A DNA stretch of 64,000 bases. Source: the human T2T-CHM13v2.0 reference genome, Homo sapiens. The notes below the pieces were generated by a model, which had not been told where the DNA came from, did no database searches, and saw nothing but the letters and a program-made list of their open reading frames with translations. Below are positions 37,775 through 53,885 of this stretch, in pieces. Position 1 is the first letter of the stretch. Every line of letters starts with the position of its first letter. The position numbers and the translations under genes are program-made. The stretch is taken from NCBI RefSeq assembly GCF_009914755.1, contig NC_060926.1; one strand, given 5' to 3'.

Positions 37775-39469
37775 CAGATAGCCTTTCTAAATAACCTTGG
37801 CTTTGGGCTCAGGGTCTGTATTCTCAGGTCCCACAGCTTCCCACGCTTACCCCAATCCTCTACCCCCATTCTGCTGCCCCAGGTGGTCATCAGAGTCAGA
37901 GGCCAAAAGTATCTGTGAGGGTGGAGAAAGAAGGGGGCAAAGACACTGACTGGAATGGCTTAGAGTGCATTTTCTCCAGGGAGAGCAGGGTTTTACACTT
38001 GGGGAGTAATGTCTTGCTAATATATTTCTCGCAGCTTTTAGTGTTTTCTTTTCCAACCCTCTGTAATATTATAAACCCCTCTTCTGCACCCAAGAGGTGT
38101 GGTGGGGGAGAAAATATGGAAGGAAGAAGAAAATATTTGTACCAAAATATTGGTAAAACTAGTATTCCTACCCCTACTTTTTCAAATAAAGAAAAGAAGG
38201 TTAATGGAGACAGAGTGACATACGCAAGGTCATAGGTCACATGGTGTATAGTTAAATCATGACTCAGATCAACTCCTAAGACTTCTATCATCTTGGTGTT
38301 TAGAAAAGGTAATTATATTTCTTATGAGAGTGAGCCATTTCTGAGGAATACATTATAAGTGATATCTGGACACCAAATACAGCAAAGATATTGGCTCTAG
38401 AAAGTCAACTCTGGTTTCTCATTGCTCTGCAGGACCCGCCTGGCTTGTTTGGGTTGTAATCCCAGTTTCTTAAAGCCTTACTATTAAACTTATTGACTTG
38501 ACTCTTGTTCCAGTGTCTCAAGTTTCTTGCCACAGATCACAAATACAGTTTTGTTTTTTTTTTTTTTTTAAGCAAATCCTTCATTTTCTTTGTCTGGACA
38601 GAGTTCCAGGGCCTGGATATCATCTAGTCTTTGGGTAACATCTTCCAGATTTGTTTTAAGCTGATTACATGTTGCTGAACAATCAGATTTTCTGCCCTAA
38701 GCAGCACAAAACCAAGTGATGACAGTCCTGGCTCCTGGCCACCGGCAATGTGATGAGGCAGCATCGGTCTTTGATAGCCATGATTTGATCTTGGGTGTTC
38801 TCAAATGGCTACACACCCTGAAAAAATGGGAAGGGAGTCTCACGGTGTGACTAACAGAGATGAGGAAGCTTCTCTGTGTCAAGGCCTGTTCCGCCCTCTT
38901 TTTCATACTCAGTCTCCCTTTTCGCATTCTTCATGCACAAGCCCTTACATTTTAATACACATTCATATTTCTAATTGAGGCACATTAGGTGTTTTAGAGA
39001 GACTATTTTAAGAAGTGAAATGGCAGCAAAGGGCATATTCTGTTTGGAAGTGTAGGCGGAACTTGGCATATCTGTTTAAGAATCAATCCTAATGTGAAAA
39101 ATCTTGAGTTGGACTTTTGTTTTTCTGTTTAAATGTCTCATTCAAGTTTTTCTGTCAGTTATGTTGCTAGCCTCTCATCTCCTGAGCTGCAGTTACTGAT
39201 ACCCTGGATCCCAGATGCTAATGCATGATGGTGATTCCTGTAATTTGGTTTTGTCTTTTGACCTGCCACAACAGAGGATATCTGTTGAGGCAGAAATATG
39301 TACCTAGGACACACGATCTGATTTATTTAGCGTCTCTGTACCTGAATGCTGCAAGCAGAATTCCGGGAATGTCACAATGGCTTTGACCTTTATAGAACAG
39401 AGCACTACAAACTTGAAGAAAACACAGGGGATGAGAAAATGACAATTAAGCAAAGAGGTCACTTAGCTT

Positions 39470-40130
39470 TTCTAAATGCTTACCAGGAGTAGAGTTCTGG
39501 GCTAGAAAATGCAAAGGATACCAAATACAAAACAAAGCCCCTGACTTTCACAATTTTGATCAACTTGAGGAAAGTGGCATAATGAATATTAACTGGCAAT
39601 ACTGAGTGGGACATTCAAAGTATCCACTTAGATCTAGAGGAAACCAGTTCTTTGGAAGAGTAGAAAAGAAGATGAGCATCATTGTGGCTTGAAGTGATCA
39701 GGGGATGGTTAAAATTTTTGGAACCTAAACTGGTCTACGAAGAGATAGTAGAAACCATATTTCAGAATCAGGAAGATGGGCATTCCAGGTAGGAGAGAGA
39801 TTTAAGCAAGATTTCCAGCTAGGGAAGATTAAGGCATGAGTGTGGGGAAATTGAAATTAAGTTTGGCTAAAGGGCTTACATGGTTGTAAAGCAGGATGGC
39901 TGGGCTGGCTACCCAGAAGAAATTCAAGAAACATTTGCGAATCACATAAGAAAAAATTAAAATGATAGGTTGATACCAAATTATGGTACATGGCTTTTTT
40001 TCTTTTTCTTTCTTTTTTTTTTTTAATCTAGTTGGTAAAAGGATATAGGTAATAATGTGATTAAGGTCAAAGGTAGACTCTTAATTGAGGCCTCCTAATA
40101 ATGTAGGCTAAACCTGGATCTTCAGCAAGC
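39470..40130 (-). mobile_element. L2 fragment
   Basis: TAAATGCTTACCAGG..TTCTGGGCTAG; GGGCATTCCAGGTAGG..AGCAAG..AGGCATGAG. Confidence 0.5.
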
Positions 40131-41779
40131 ATCTACAGAAAATGTGTTAAAATCACAATGGGAACTGAGTAAGACAAGGCAAATGGGTGAGATTAGAGGC
40201 ATCTGCGTTGTTTGAAAAGAACCCAAGGTGTGTAACATCTAGAACATCTGCCTTTAAATGAACCCTGAAACTCAGCCCTCTGGGAGTGGCACCTTTTTCC
40301 AGTTTAGCTAGTGAGTATGCCCGTGTTTTGACTGCAAGAGTCAGTGGGGGCACCCTGCATTCTTCTGGCCTGCTTATTTGATGTGTTCTCCATCAGATTA
40401 TAAACTCTCCAGGGTAGGAACTGGCCTCTTTAACATTCATTGCTTACTTGGTATCGATTGCCTGAACTCATTGATGAAAACATCTGAAGTGTTTTTTTAA
40501 TTCAAAATTTCATCAACTTAATAAAAAGATGAACTGAAATGAATTGAATGTATACAATGAATATAGATAGATTACATATAACATAAATGTAGCTATAAAC
40601 AACTGTAATTGGATGATTGACAGTTGTCACCAATTCCTCTTCAGTATAATTAAGAGAATGGTACCTAGTTTGGGTAGATCTGAATTCCTCCACTTAGTGC
40701 GTTTTTCAGGGATTGCTGATTCTCAGTTTCTGGTTCAGGAAGTGGTTACTCCCCAACGTTCGCAAATTTTCCAGAGATTTGTAATTGCACAAAGTTTATT
40801 TTTACAACCATCCTGAAATTCCAGGGCATTTTGTTCTCTCCAATGCTCTATAATGAGATTTTTATTAATCCCTTATTGCCTGGGAAATGACAACTTTGTT
40901 CCTCCAGAACTACAGCCTCCACCTGGAATCTGTGTAATTATATCATTCCTGTTTTTGCTGTAGTACTAGGAAGGATTAGTTATATCTTGATCCTTTTCGT
41001 GACAAAACAATTTCCTGATTGGAGTTTTAAAAATGAAATTTAACCTACTTTGGCAATTGTCTAAGTGTGCTATAAAAAGCATGTAAAAAATTGAATGAGT
41101 GAAACAAAAAAAAAACCCTGCAAATATATTTTTATATTTAAGATGTGTCCATTATTTTGAAAAAATGATACATATTATAATAAATTCAGAAAACGAAGAA
41201 TAGGAAAAGAAAAGCATACCTAAAATCAATATCCAGAAGTGGCCATTATTAGATAAAAAGGCACATTTGTTCCACAGAAATATAACTAGGTTAAATTAGA
41301 AACAAAATTTAAAAGAAGGAAGAATATTACAAACATGAAAGTTTATATGTATATATCCACAAAAGGGCAAATGTAATTTTACTTATGTTTAAAAAAAGAA
41401 AAAAAACTTGAAATAATGTTAAAGAAATTACTGACATCCAAATACATTTTAAATAACTTCTAGACATGGTTACTAAAACAATTTCTCTCAGTTCAAGAAA
41501 AAAGATTATTACAAAAGTTAAAAGGCTAAGGTCAATATGTTTTAGCTATACTATTAAATGAAGAAAATGAAGAGACATTTTTCCATCTATGTTTTCTGAG
41601 TCTTAATATTTTAAAATAATAAAGAATTATATGATGTCAAGATTTTTAACAAGTTCATAATAAAATTCTCATAGTTATTTAAAACTAAGTTTATATTTAA
41701 ACTTATTAAGTACTTACTCCTTGTTCTTTTACCATGGTCTCTGTACTTGAGTTATTTATTTGGAGTTACCTCTTGGTTT

Positions 41780-43740
<1,961 letters not shown>

Positions 43741-43759
43741 TTAGCCAAGCCTATCTCAC

Positions 43760-44115
43760 TGCCTTAATCTGTTTATGCTGCTATGACAGAATACCACAGA
43801 CCAGGTAATTTACAATGAACAGGAATTTGTCGGCTCACAGTTCTGGAGGCTACACAGTCCTAGATCTAGAGGCTGGCATCTTGTAAGGGCCATCTTGGTG
43901 CCTCATAACATGGTGGAGGGCATAATGTGGCAGGAGGGCAAAGAGAGGACTAGAGAGAATTTAAGCCCACTCCTAAGATAACAGCAATAATCCATTAATG
44001 AGTGTGCTGCCCTTATGACCCAAGAACCTCCCATAAGGCCCCACCTTCCACCACCATCACAACTGCAATTAAATTCCAACAAGTTTTGAAGGGGACAGAC
44101 ATTGGAACCATAGCA
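43760..44115 (-). mobile_element. MSTB/MSTC solo LTR
   Basis: TGCCTTAATCTGTTT..GCTGCTATGACAGAATACCACAGAC...AACCATAGCA; perfect TSD CTCAC. Confidence 0.88.
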
Positions 44116-44585
44116 CTCACTGTTGGCAATATGGTTCTTGTACATATTATTTTTTTCATGTGTATTTGTAGTGATGTTCTTTTAGCTAGGCAATCTCCAT
44201 TTTCAACTAAATCTTTGTTTTAAATCACTTATCTCTGAGCCTTAATGCTATTGCAATTTAAATTCCTGCATAGTGTGAATCGCTTTTAGAAAATATTTTG
44301 ATCCCTGGGTTACATTTTCTTTCTGACTGTGGTCTTCATCTGCTTTTTGCATGCTTTATTCCTTTTCTGTTTTTCTCTAAAGTGTGTCTGTATGCTTTTC
44401 TTTTTATTTTTGCTTGAGCATAATGTGGGGTCTGTATTTAAACTTTTGTTTTGTTCTAGTACAATATGGGTGAATTATCCTGTACTCTTTTTCTACCTTC
44501 TTAAAGATAAGTTGTCTTCACCTCAGAAGGGCAAAGTGAGTGTTGTGATCTGCTTTCTCTATAGTCTGAGGTAGTGGGAAGAGCT

Positions 44586-44613
44586 CTGTGTGTGTGTATG
44601 TGTGTGTGTGTGT
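44586..44613. repeat. (TG)n microsatellite
   Basis: Directly visible. Confidence 0.9.
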
Positions 44614-44859
44614 AGCAGGGTCAGCAGGGAAGTGAAGGGCAAAGGGGAGAGATCCATTGGCAAATTTGCTGTCTTTGCTGGAGACTGTGAATTCTGATGT
44701 CTTTTCTGAAATTTTGGCACAGCAATAGTTGGGAGCATGAAAGCAATGATCTAGGACTCTTTATCAATTGAATAATTTTTCTCTCTCTTTTTCTGGCAAA
44801 TCTAAAATCTATTTTTCTATCATGGAGTCAGATCCACTTGTTAATTTCTTCTCTTTCCT

Positions 44860-44972
44860 TGCTCCTCAAAGTATTTTGTGGACCAGCAGTACAAGCATTG
44901 CATGGGAGCCTCTTAGAAATGCAAAATCTCAGGCCTCACCCCAGAGTCCCTGGATCAGAATCTGCATTAAAC
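44860..44972. mobile_element. MER5A fragment
   Basis: GGACCAGCAG...TTAGAAATGCAAAATCTCAGGCCTCACCCCAGA...ATCAGAATCTGCATT. Confidence 0.8.
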
Positions 44973-45390
44973 TAGGGGACATATTAAGCCACCTGTGGCC
45001 CCAGTGTTGATACTTGGGAAGGAACAGTTTTGTGTCCTTCTGCTTGTTTTTCTTCTGAAGACATTGTCTTGTTTACTTTCTCTTTGTATTCAATTCTAAT
45101 AAGTTCCATTTTATTACCTGAGATATTTAACTACATTTGATTTTGATGATTGGCCCCTACCTCTCTGTTTCTACCACCTCTTCCCAAACTGAGTCTTTAT
45201 AATGGGGACAGCCCAGGTGGTTCTATCTTTTCCCTTAGACCTTGCCACAGTAGATATAGCCTTCTCCCAATAGCCTTTCTGCAATTCACCCCCCAGGCAA
45301 TTATTCACTTCCTCAGTATGCTTCTCTCTCAGTCAATGGTTTTCTTTAAATTATGCTCATACACATTATATCTCCAGCAATCTACCTATG

Positions 45391-45841
45391 TGTATTAGGC
45401 TGTTCTTGCATTGCTATAAAGAAATACCTGGCTTTAGGTAATTTATAAAGAAAAAAGGTTTAACTGGTTAATGGTTCTGCTGGCTGTACAGGAAGTGTAG
45501 TGCCAACATCGCTGGGCTTCTGGGGAGGACTCCAGGAGTTTTACTCATGTCAGAAGGTGAAAAGGGAACTTGCACATCACATGGCAAAAGCAGGAGGGAG
45601 AGAGGAACAAGGCATGTGTATGGCAGGGGTGTGCAGGGGGAGGTGCCACACACTTTTAAACAACCAGATCTCACAAGAACTCAGAGCAAGAGCTCTCTCA
45701 TCACCAAGGGGATAGCCCAAGCTATTCATGAGGGATCCTCCGCCCCCAGGATCCAACACCTCCCTTCAGGCCCCAACTCTGACTCTGGGGATTACATCTC
45801 AACGTGAGATCTGGGTAGGGACAAATACACAAGCTATATCA
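45391..45841 (-). mobile_element. MSTA/MSTB solo LTR
   Basis: TGTATTAGGCTGTTCTTGCATTGCTATAAAGAAATACCTG...CTATATCA; TSD CTATG/CTAGG. Confidence 0.9.
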
Positions 45842-48057
45842 CTAGGTAAAGAGAGGGAAGGCTTAGCACCCTAGAAAAAATACAAACCACACCAGACTCT
45901 TCTGTTTCTGTTCTTGGCCACCATGTTGCTGCTTACCTGTTTATATTACTGTTGAGGTAGTCGTGGTGGCTGTGTTTTTCTTCTTTCTTTCTTGGGGCAA
46001 GAGGGAGGTATAAAACAGATACTGTATTTCACTTTTACTCTGCTGTCTTTACCTCAGGTCCCATCTAAACTTATTTTAGAATTAATGAGGTTTTTAGGAA
46101 AGCACAATCTTATTAAGAAAAATGAATGTTTGTAAATGTTCTCTTTCCAAGGAACGTTGAAATATAAGCAAGAAAAGATGCATTCTGACTTTTAAATCTA
46201 AGTGGTTAATCTTACAATACTTTAGCGATTGGATAATGCTTGCATTTTTAAGGCCTGTGTATTATGGCACTTCCTCAGTATGGGTTTTACAGGTAAGCAT
46301 TTTTTTACTTACATCTGCTTACTAGCTTCCTTTCAGTCTACTCCTCAAAAATGCCCATCAATTTGCCTTTACTGAAGTTGTGTTGTATTCACAGTCTGGT
46401 AAGCTGTGAGGAGCATTATTAGTGTGAGCTTCCATGTATTTATTTCAACCTTTACAAGGAAGGGCAAGCCTCCCAGGTTGAGAGATAATTCTGTTTTTAT
46501 GATCACTCCTGCTGAATTGTGCTGTGTTATGTGTGATCTGACTGGAATGGTGCAAGTCAGTAATTTGCCAATATACTTCTAATAGGAAGTAACAGAGAAC
46601 ATAAGAACAAACAAAAAATTAATGTTATTTATAGAATGAAAGACCCAGGGGCTGTACACTGTAGACCTAGCATATATGCAGAACTGTAGCAATTCAGGAT
46701 AACATCACATAGTTAGTAGATTTCATGTTTCTAGTCAACCAATTAGGAATACAAGACACATCAAAATATAAATTAAAAAAAGGATGACAGGAAAGGGGGC
46801 TCTGTATAAAAGGAAATTAGCAAAGGAAGCCCTGCATTTTTCAAAGTTGATTTGATTGAAATGATCATAGTCTATTTGAGACTGGCAATAAACTTATGCA
46901 AAATTTACATTCTGGAATCAGAAAATGTTTTTATACTTGTTACCTCTATGGAATAAGTTCAATTTATCAAACACTGAATTTTAATTCTAAAATTACAAGA
47001 GACATTTTGATAACATTGATCCCTCTCAAGAATATTTCAAATGAAAAGTACTTCCTCACTTTGTCAGAATGGATATTTAGGCATTAAATAGTTTGGATCT
47101 TTCTTCATGTTATAAACTTCCTAATAAAATAATATCTTTCAAGTAGAAGAAGAGTCATAAATTTTCCTACATATCTAATAAAGCAGGCAAAAAGTGGAGG
47201 TACACAGAAGAGGCTTTTAGTAGATTTTATGTAAAGTCAGAAACTGTTTAGATTTAACCTTGACTTTCCCTTTGCACTCATCTTCCAAATTCTTTTCCTC
47301 CCTAAACTGAAGAGTAACTATCTATTGACAGACCATATAACTCAATTTTACCAAGCCACTTTTATTAAAAAGATAGGTCATTCAAGAAAAAAAAATATCA
47401 TGGGAGCAGTGATTTTACTGACCAACCTTCCCCAATTACCAATATTTTAGAGCTGAGCTTACAGTCAAATAACTCTACTTGCTTAGGAAAATGGTGGAGT
47501 TGAAGAAAAGGAACTTTCCTCATGTCTCAGAAAAAACAGCACTGCATCACCTAGAAATAAACATAGAAGGTAGTCCCCCCAAAACAGTGGGAAGTATTTT
47601 ATTCTTTCACATTACAAACATTTACTAAACACCTTTTAGCTATTTTGTATTTGCCTTTATTTTTTTTTTCTCCCATTTTGTGGATTTCTGTTTTCTTTTT
47701 TTTTTTTTTTTAAGTAAAAAATAATCTTGCAATGCAAGAGGTAGAAAGAGCCATGGTGATTATCTGATCTAGCCTCTTCACATTACAAACTGACAAATAG
47801 ACCGAAAGTGGTTAAAAGATGATACCACCTAGGGAGACAGGAGTGGAAAAGGCTTCCTTGAGCCCTGGAGCATTCTAGGAATCAGTCAATCAGAGAAGAA
47901 AGTGCTAGAAGATGAAACTGACAAGGAGTAGCCAGTGAGAAGGTAAGAAGACAGTCCGTAGACTATTCAGGTTTCATTTGTTAAATCTGCAAGCTCTGTA
48001 TGCTGTCTTTTCTCAACCTTGCTGGCTTACTTATAATACTTATCTATGCCTCTAACT

Positions 48058-48270
48058 TAGGGTTTCTCAATCACAAAGCTATTGACAATTTGGACTCATT
48101 CTTTGTTATGAGGGGATTGTTCCATGCACTGCAGGATAGGATATCTAGCAGCATCCCTTGTTTCTACCTACTAGATGCCAGCAACAACTCCCAGTTTTGA
48201 TAACCAAAAATGTCTCCCAATATTGCCAAATATCCCCTGGGAACAAAATCACCCTGGTTAAGAATCACTG
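48058..48270. mobile_element. MER20 hAT MITE
   Basis: GGTTTCTCAA...CTATTGACAATTTGG...CTAGATGCCAG...CCAAAAATGTCTCC...GGTTAAGAATCACTG. Confidence 0.9.
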
Positions 48271-48479
48271 TTCTTAATTTAAATAATCTGTAGAAGTTTC
48301 ATTTTCTACTAGCTAAAGGGATGTAAGAACCTGGAAATAGGTGTGCAGTCTCATAACAAATTTTACTGAATTATTATGGAAATATTTTATAGCTTATTAC
48401 TGTTTTTATCAACAATGTGACACATATTTTCTATAGCATAAGCATCTGCATTAGCGAAAAATTCTATCAGCTCATGCAG

Positions 48480-49390
48480 GATTTTTGGAACACAGCAAAA
48501 TAAAACTCTCTCTCTTTTTTTTTTTTTTGGCTGCAACTTTTTTTTTTTTTTTTTTTTTTAAAACTTATTTAGTCAGAGAAAGTATTTCTCAGTTACTAGA
48601 GGAAGCACCAGCAGGCCCATTTCCTTTCTGGGCATTCACTGGTAATGAGAGTCCTCTGGTAGCTTCAATTTACAAGCCCAGTCTCAATTCGGAAAATTGA
48701 TCTAGCTTTAAATCTTCTCCCTTTCCCTAGGCCAGGGTCTACTTGGGCAGTAGGAGAAAGCAGAGCAGTGGGAGAGGGCAGGGCAGTATGGACTTCCTTG
48801 TAGATTTCATCTGCTGTCCATTTCTTCTCCATACGACATGTGGAAAGTACCAGTATATATCGGCATTAAGACCCTCTGGCTGGCAGACTTATAAAGCCGA
48901 CTAATCTCACAGGCACTGTTATGAATTCTTCCTGCCCTGATGAGTCCTTCTGACACAATTCCATGGCATGGATGCCACTACTCCTCAGTCCCTGGTTTTG
49001 CTGTGGTCAAATCCTCCCAGGCTCTTTTTATTGGAGTCCATTTTGCCCTGTCAGGAAGTCGTCTTCAGCATGAATCCAAAAGGTTGCAGGTGGGCTGTCT
49101 TCATTTGGCCCACATCTGGCACATGGGGCTTAGTTACATCCTTTATCCAGTCAACCCTAGAAGTATGAGTCCAATCCCAAACAGCCACCCCTTCTTATGG
49201 CTGAAAGCGAATGCAATCACTCAGCAGACATAACGTTCTTTGTTCTTTCCTGGGGTCAAAGCCCTCTTTAATGTCATCAGCAATGGGCCAGACATCAGTG
49301 TCTGGGTCTTCCAAAGGAATAATCTTCATTTAAATAAGCTCTTCTTACTAGGCATGAGGCAGCACATTCAACCCAATTCCTGTAACAGAG
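48480..49390 (-). mobile_element. Probable ancient LTR (LTR78/LTR79-like); identity uncertain
   Basis: GC-richer ~900-bp block; reverse strand GGACTCTCATTACCAGTGAATG and a 3' A-rich end resemble old eutherian LTRs; no recognisable protein. Confidence 0.35.
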
Positions 49391-52074
49391 TAAGAGCAGT
49401 TCAGTAGCTCTCCTAATAAAAGCACTGTAAAATACTCTCTAAATTTTGAACTCCTGTTTTGAATCTCAATGAGAAGGTGAGTAAGGTAATTGGGTCCTGG
49501 ATATCCACTTTAAAGGTTTTTCCAGAGTGGCCAATCTCACATTCAATTTGGTACTTGATATCATTAAGTCTATGTGTCTTCCATCAAACTGTTCTTTTAA
49601 ATTCCTGATCTGGCCATGTAACTAAAGTTTTTGTTTTCATCTGAATTATTATACTAAAATATAGACCATTTACTCCATAAAAATAATGTGTGAATGTACT
49701 AATTCCCCAGGACTTTCAACAATCCACTAAACCTGTCTGGGGCCCTCTGTTTACAAAACAATTGAGTGGCACCAGATTATATTTAGGTTCAAGTAAGATT
49801 TTAAAATTCTGAGATGCTATATGCTGTAATTCCTAGAATAAGCCTGTATGAAAAAACATCTGATTTCATTTTTCTTACTTTTCATTAATTTATATTCCTT
49901 ATTTGTTAGGACAGGAATTGCATTTTCTTGATAGTAGGCCCCTTGAGGCATTTGAAAGCATGGGTGATAGTTCACTTAATAAATCAGTACTTACTGGGTA
50001 CCTACCATGGACCATGACCTGTGCTGTTAGATCATGTGCATGGCCTTGGACGGCTTAATTTACCTCTTTCAATCTTCCTTTAAAAATCTATCAATTTCTA
50101 CAACATTTCGCTATATGTAGCAGAATAAATTGCCCTAATCTTAAAGCACCTTGCACCAGTAGGAGACATCCCAGTGAAAGCACCATGATCATGTTGCCAA
50201 AATCCTCTATAAATCTTTAGGACACACATACAGTTGCATTCTTTATTAACTAGAGCTGTCACTGGTTGTTGCTGATTCTTTCTTTAGCTGTCTCTTGAAT
50301 TTATAAGTTTCCTATGAACTTACAAGGATTTTTCACCAACTCAAAGGATATCTCGAGGAAGTACTTTTCTAATTTCCCCAATTTTATTTTAATGCTCCAT
50401 ATTTTTTCTTGCCATGATACACAATAAGGTGAACCTAATGATGAAACTAATGGCTTGAATGGATTTATTCAGAGTTTGCTGAAAATGAATTCTATCTCTA
50501 ATCTCATCCCAGGAATATGACTAATTCAGACATCTTATCTTCTAAAACAGTCGTATACCAGTTAAATTCACCTCTTTCTTTTGACTTACAAAGCAAGCTA
50601 AAGAGAATATGACCATTTTATGACATTTCAAACATTCTCAATTTGCCATTCTGATGTATTTTTGGAAGATAGAGAAAAATGGGTTGCCTATGGGAGAGAA
50701 AAAGAAGAAAACACATGTTTTAAAATTTTAACATACTGATCCACATGAAATTCCTACTACCATGTAGCTATGTCTACACATTTCACAAATAAAATCTGTA
50801 ACGACAGCTAATCTGTATTAAATGCTTAATGCTTTATGTGTTAATTCTTATGATAACATTTTAAGGTAAGTATTGCTCTAAGTTTAATTCCATATTGTCT
50901 TTCATCTTTAACTCATTCATGTTTTATTATTTTCATGTCACATTTACACAACCCGACCAGTATGTTTGGCAAAGCAATCAGCATAGCATTAGGCTGTAAG
51001 ACTGTAACTAATCTTACCGTCACTGAAAAATTGCTTCTATGGATTCTGTTGGGTTCTCTAGATTGAAGCAAATTGTGGCAGCCAGGAACTGTTGATCAAG
51101 AAATATGTAAAAAGATATGTGATACAGCAGGAGATAGGACTATTGAAGCCTCGGTTGGCCCTGTGGAATCCTATACATGGAGAGAACCTAAAATAGATGC
51201 ATAAAGAAAATAATAATCTCACGTTTGCTAGATTTGGCTTGTTATTTTATATTAAAATCCTTGTTTTGACCTCAGATGGAATTATAGTTACAAAGGACAA
51301 GGAGACCCAAATAACAAAAGTATCAACTTATTTGTATAACTTTGTTGATAGTTTAGACATTCACTGATTTCACAGGGACTTGCTTGGTCTACCCTTCATG
51401 TGGTCGGGTTATAAGTATTATTTTTTTCATTGCCATTTGTTGTCTGTTGTACAGTGGCATTGACCTAATGGTGATGCTGTCATGCCACATCCACCAAGCC
51501 TGAGTTATAGGCTGGGAGATTACATGAGAACCCTGTCAGTAAAGGAGTGCGTTTACTTTATTTCCATGAACAAATAAGGGAAAGGGGTAGGATGTCGACT
51601 GGAGAGAAAGAGAAAGAAAAGACAACCCTGGGTTCATGACAATTTAATTTTGGCATACTGATCATCAGAATTTCCCCAGTTTTCATCTCACAACCTGTTC
51701 CTCCTCCATCCTTTCAGCTTTATTATTATGACTCACTTTTGTTTTCACCTAGATTTTGCTTCTTTTTCCATTAAGCCTCTTCTCTTCCCTGCTCCCATTT
51801 TTCTAATACAGACAGTATAATTTATTTGTACATGTTCTCTCCCCCGCCGTTTTCTTTCTAAACTCTCCCTCTGCAATAGATGGAGTCCCTTTCCTTAAAG
51901 AGTAGGCCAGCTTTAAGCAGACATGGAGAAGAGTGGCTCTACTCTTTGAGGGCAGGTAAGCTGCTTAACTTGGCTGCTGAATAAGTAGTCACTCATGATC
52001 TTCTTTGCTCTGAATAGGGCTTTCTTCCAGGAATTTGGGGTAGAGAACTCTTCCCCACCATTCCATGGAAGTAA

Positions 52075-52425
<351 letters not shown>

Positions 52426-52719
52426 TAAATAAAAGCTTTCTGCAGCAGAGATTTTGGTTCCTCTTTAGTACAGCTTTAATGCCTGTGGCAGAGGTATTCA
52501 TTCTCCATCCTGGGTTCAGTGGCGAGATTAATACTTAAATGTAAATTGTTAGAAAAATAGACCACATGTAAGAAACAAGTTAAAAAACACATTTGCAAAG
52601 CAACAAACCAGCATATTGAAATCAATCCGACATAGTACAAATTGAGTACAAAACTGCCCCTTACTTGCATTATTCAACACTAAATGGTTATTTTGAATCA
52701 GTATAGTAAGGATTGCAAC

Positions 52720-52930
52720 AGTTGCATTGGTTAGGGTTAATGTCTACTGAATTTGGCAACATAAGTGTTGTGATCAAATCCTGTTTCTCTATGACAACTT
52801 TGCTAAATTACTTAAATTCCAATCTCATAATCTGTGAAATGAGACTAATAACATGGTGATACAAATAATGTAAACTTTGTGATATTTGTTAATGCCTGAT
52901 ATGGAATGTAGTAAGTAACTTTAAAACATT
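52720..52930 (+). mobile_element. MIR
   Basis: TCAAATCCTG..CTTTGCTAAATTACTTAA..ATCTGTGAAATGAGACTAATAA. Confidence 0.55.
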
Positions 52931-53493
52931 GGCTCAATGACTGAGAAGTAAATAGACATCAACTAAGAGCAATACCAAACTTTCATTCTTTACTTATTTG
53001 ATGTATATTTAAGATATTTTAATGTTAATCGCCTTTAAAAATAACTTTGCAAAATTTGAGATGTATATTTACCCACATCATATAGAAAAACTTACCTAAA
53101 AATGTGGTTAAATATTTGTTTGATTCTGTGAAGTAAAAAAGTTACATTCACTAGGAATTAATATTTTATAATAAAGAATCATATGGTGAGATAGACTAAA
53201 AGTGCCTACTGTTTATTTCTTTCTTATGCTTTTGTTTTTATGGATCAACTTTTCTCCAAGTCATTGCAGAGCTAATATTGCAACACCTATAAACAGCGTT
53301 CACAATAATAAAAAAGTAACTACCAATTTGCCACAGCATAGGCTCTTGTTTTAAAGGAAATGGGTTAAGTAATTTTAAATAGCATAAAAAGATAGCCATG
53401 TATCATAACTCTTTCCAACATTTCTATTCCATTGGCTTCAAATCTTTCCAGAGAATGTTCAGACTTGAAGATAACGAATAAAATTGGCATATT

Positions 53494-53885
<392 letters not shown>

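Noticed and set aside
40338-40356. CTCF-like GGGGGCAC
   Set aside because: 5' half does not fit the CCASYAG core spacing
50860-50875. Perfect donor AAG|GTAAGT
   Set aside because: Lies in a reverse MIR relic where this motif is near-consensus; no matching acceptor
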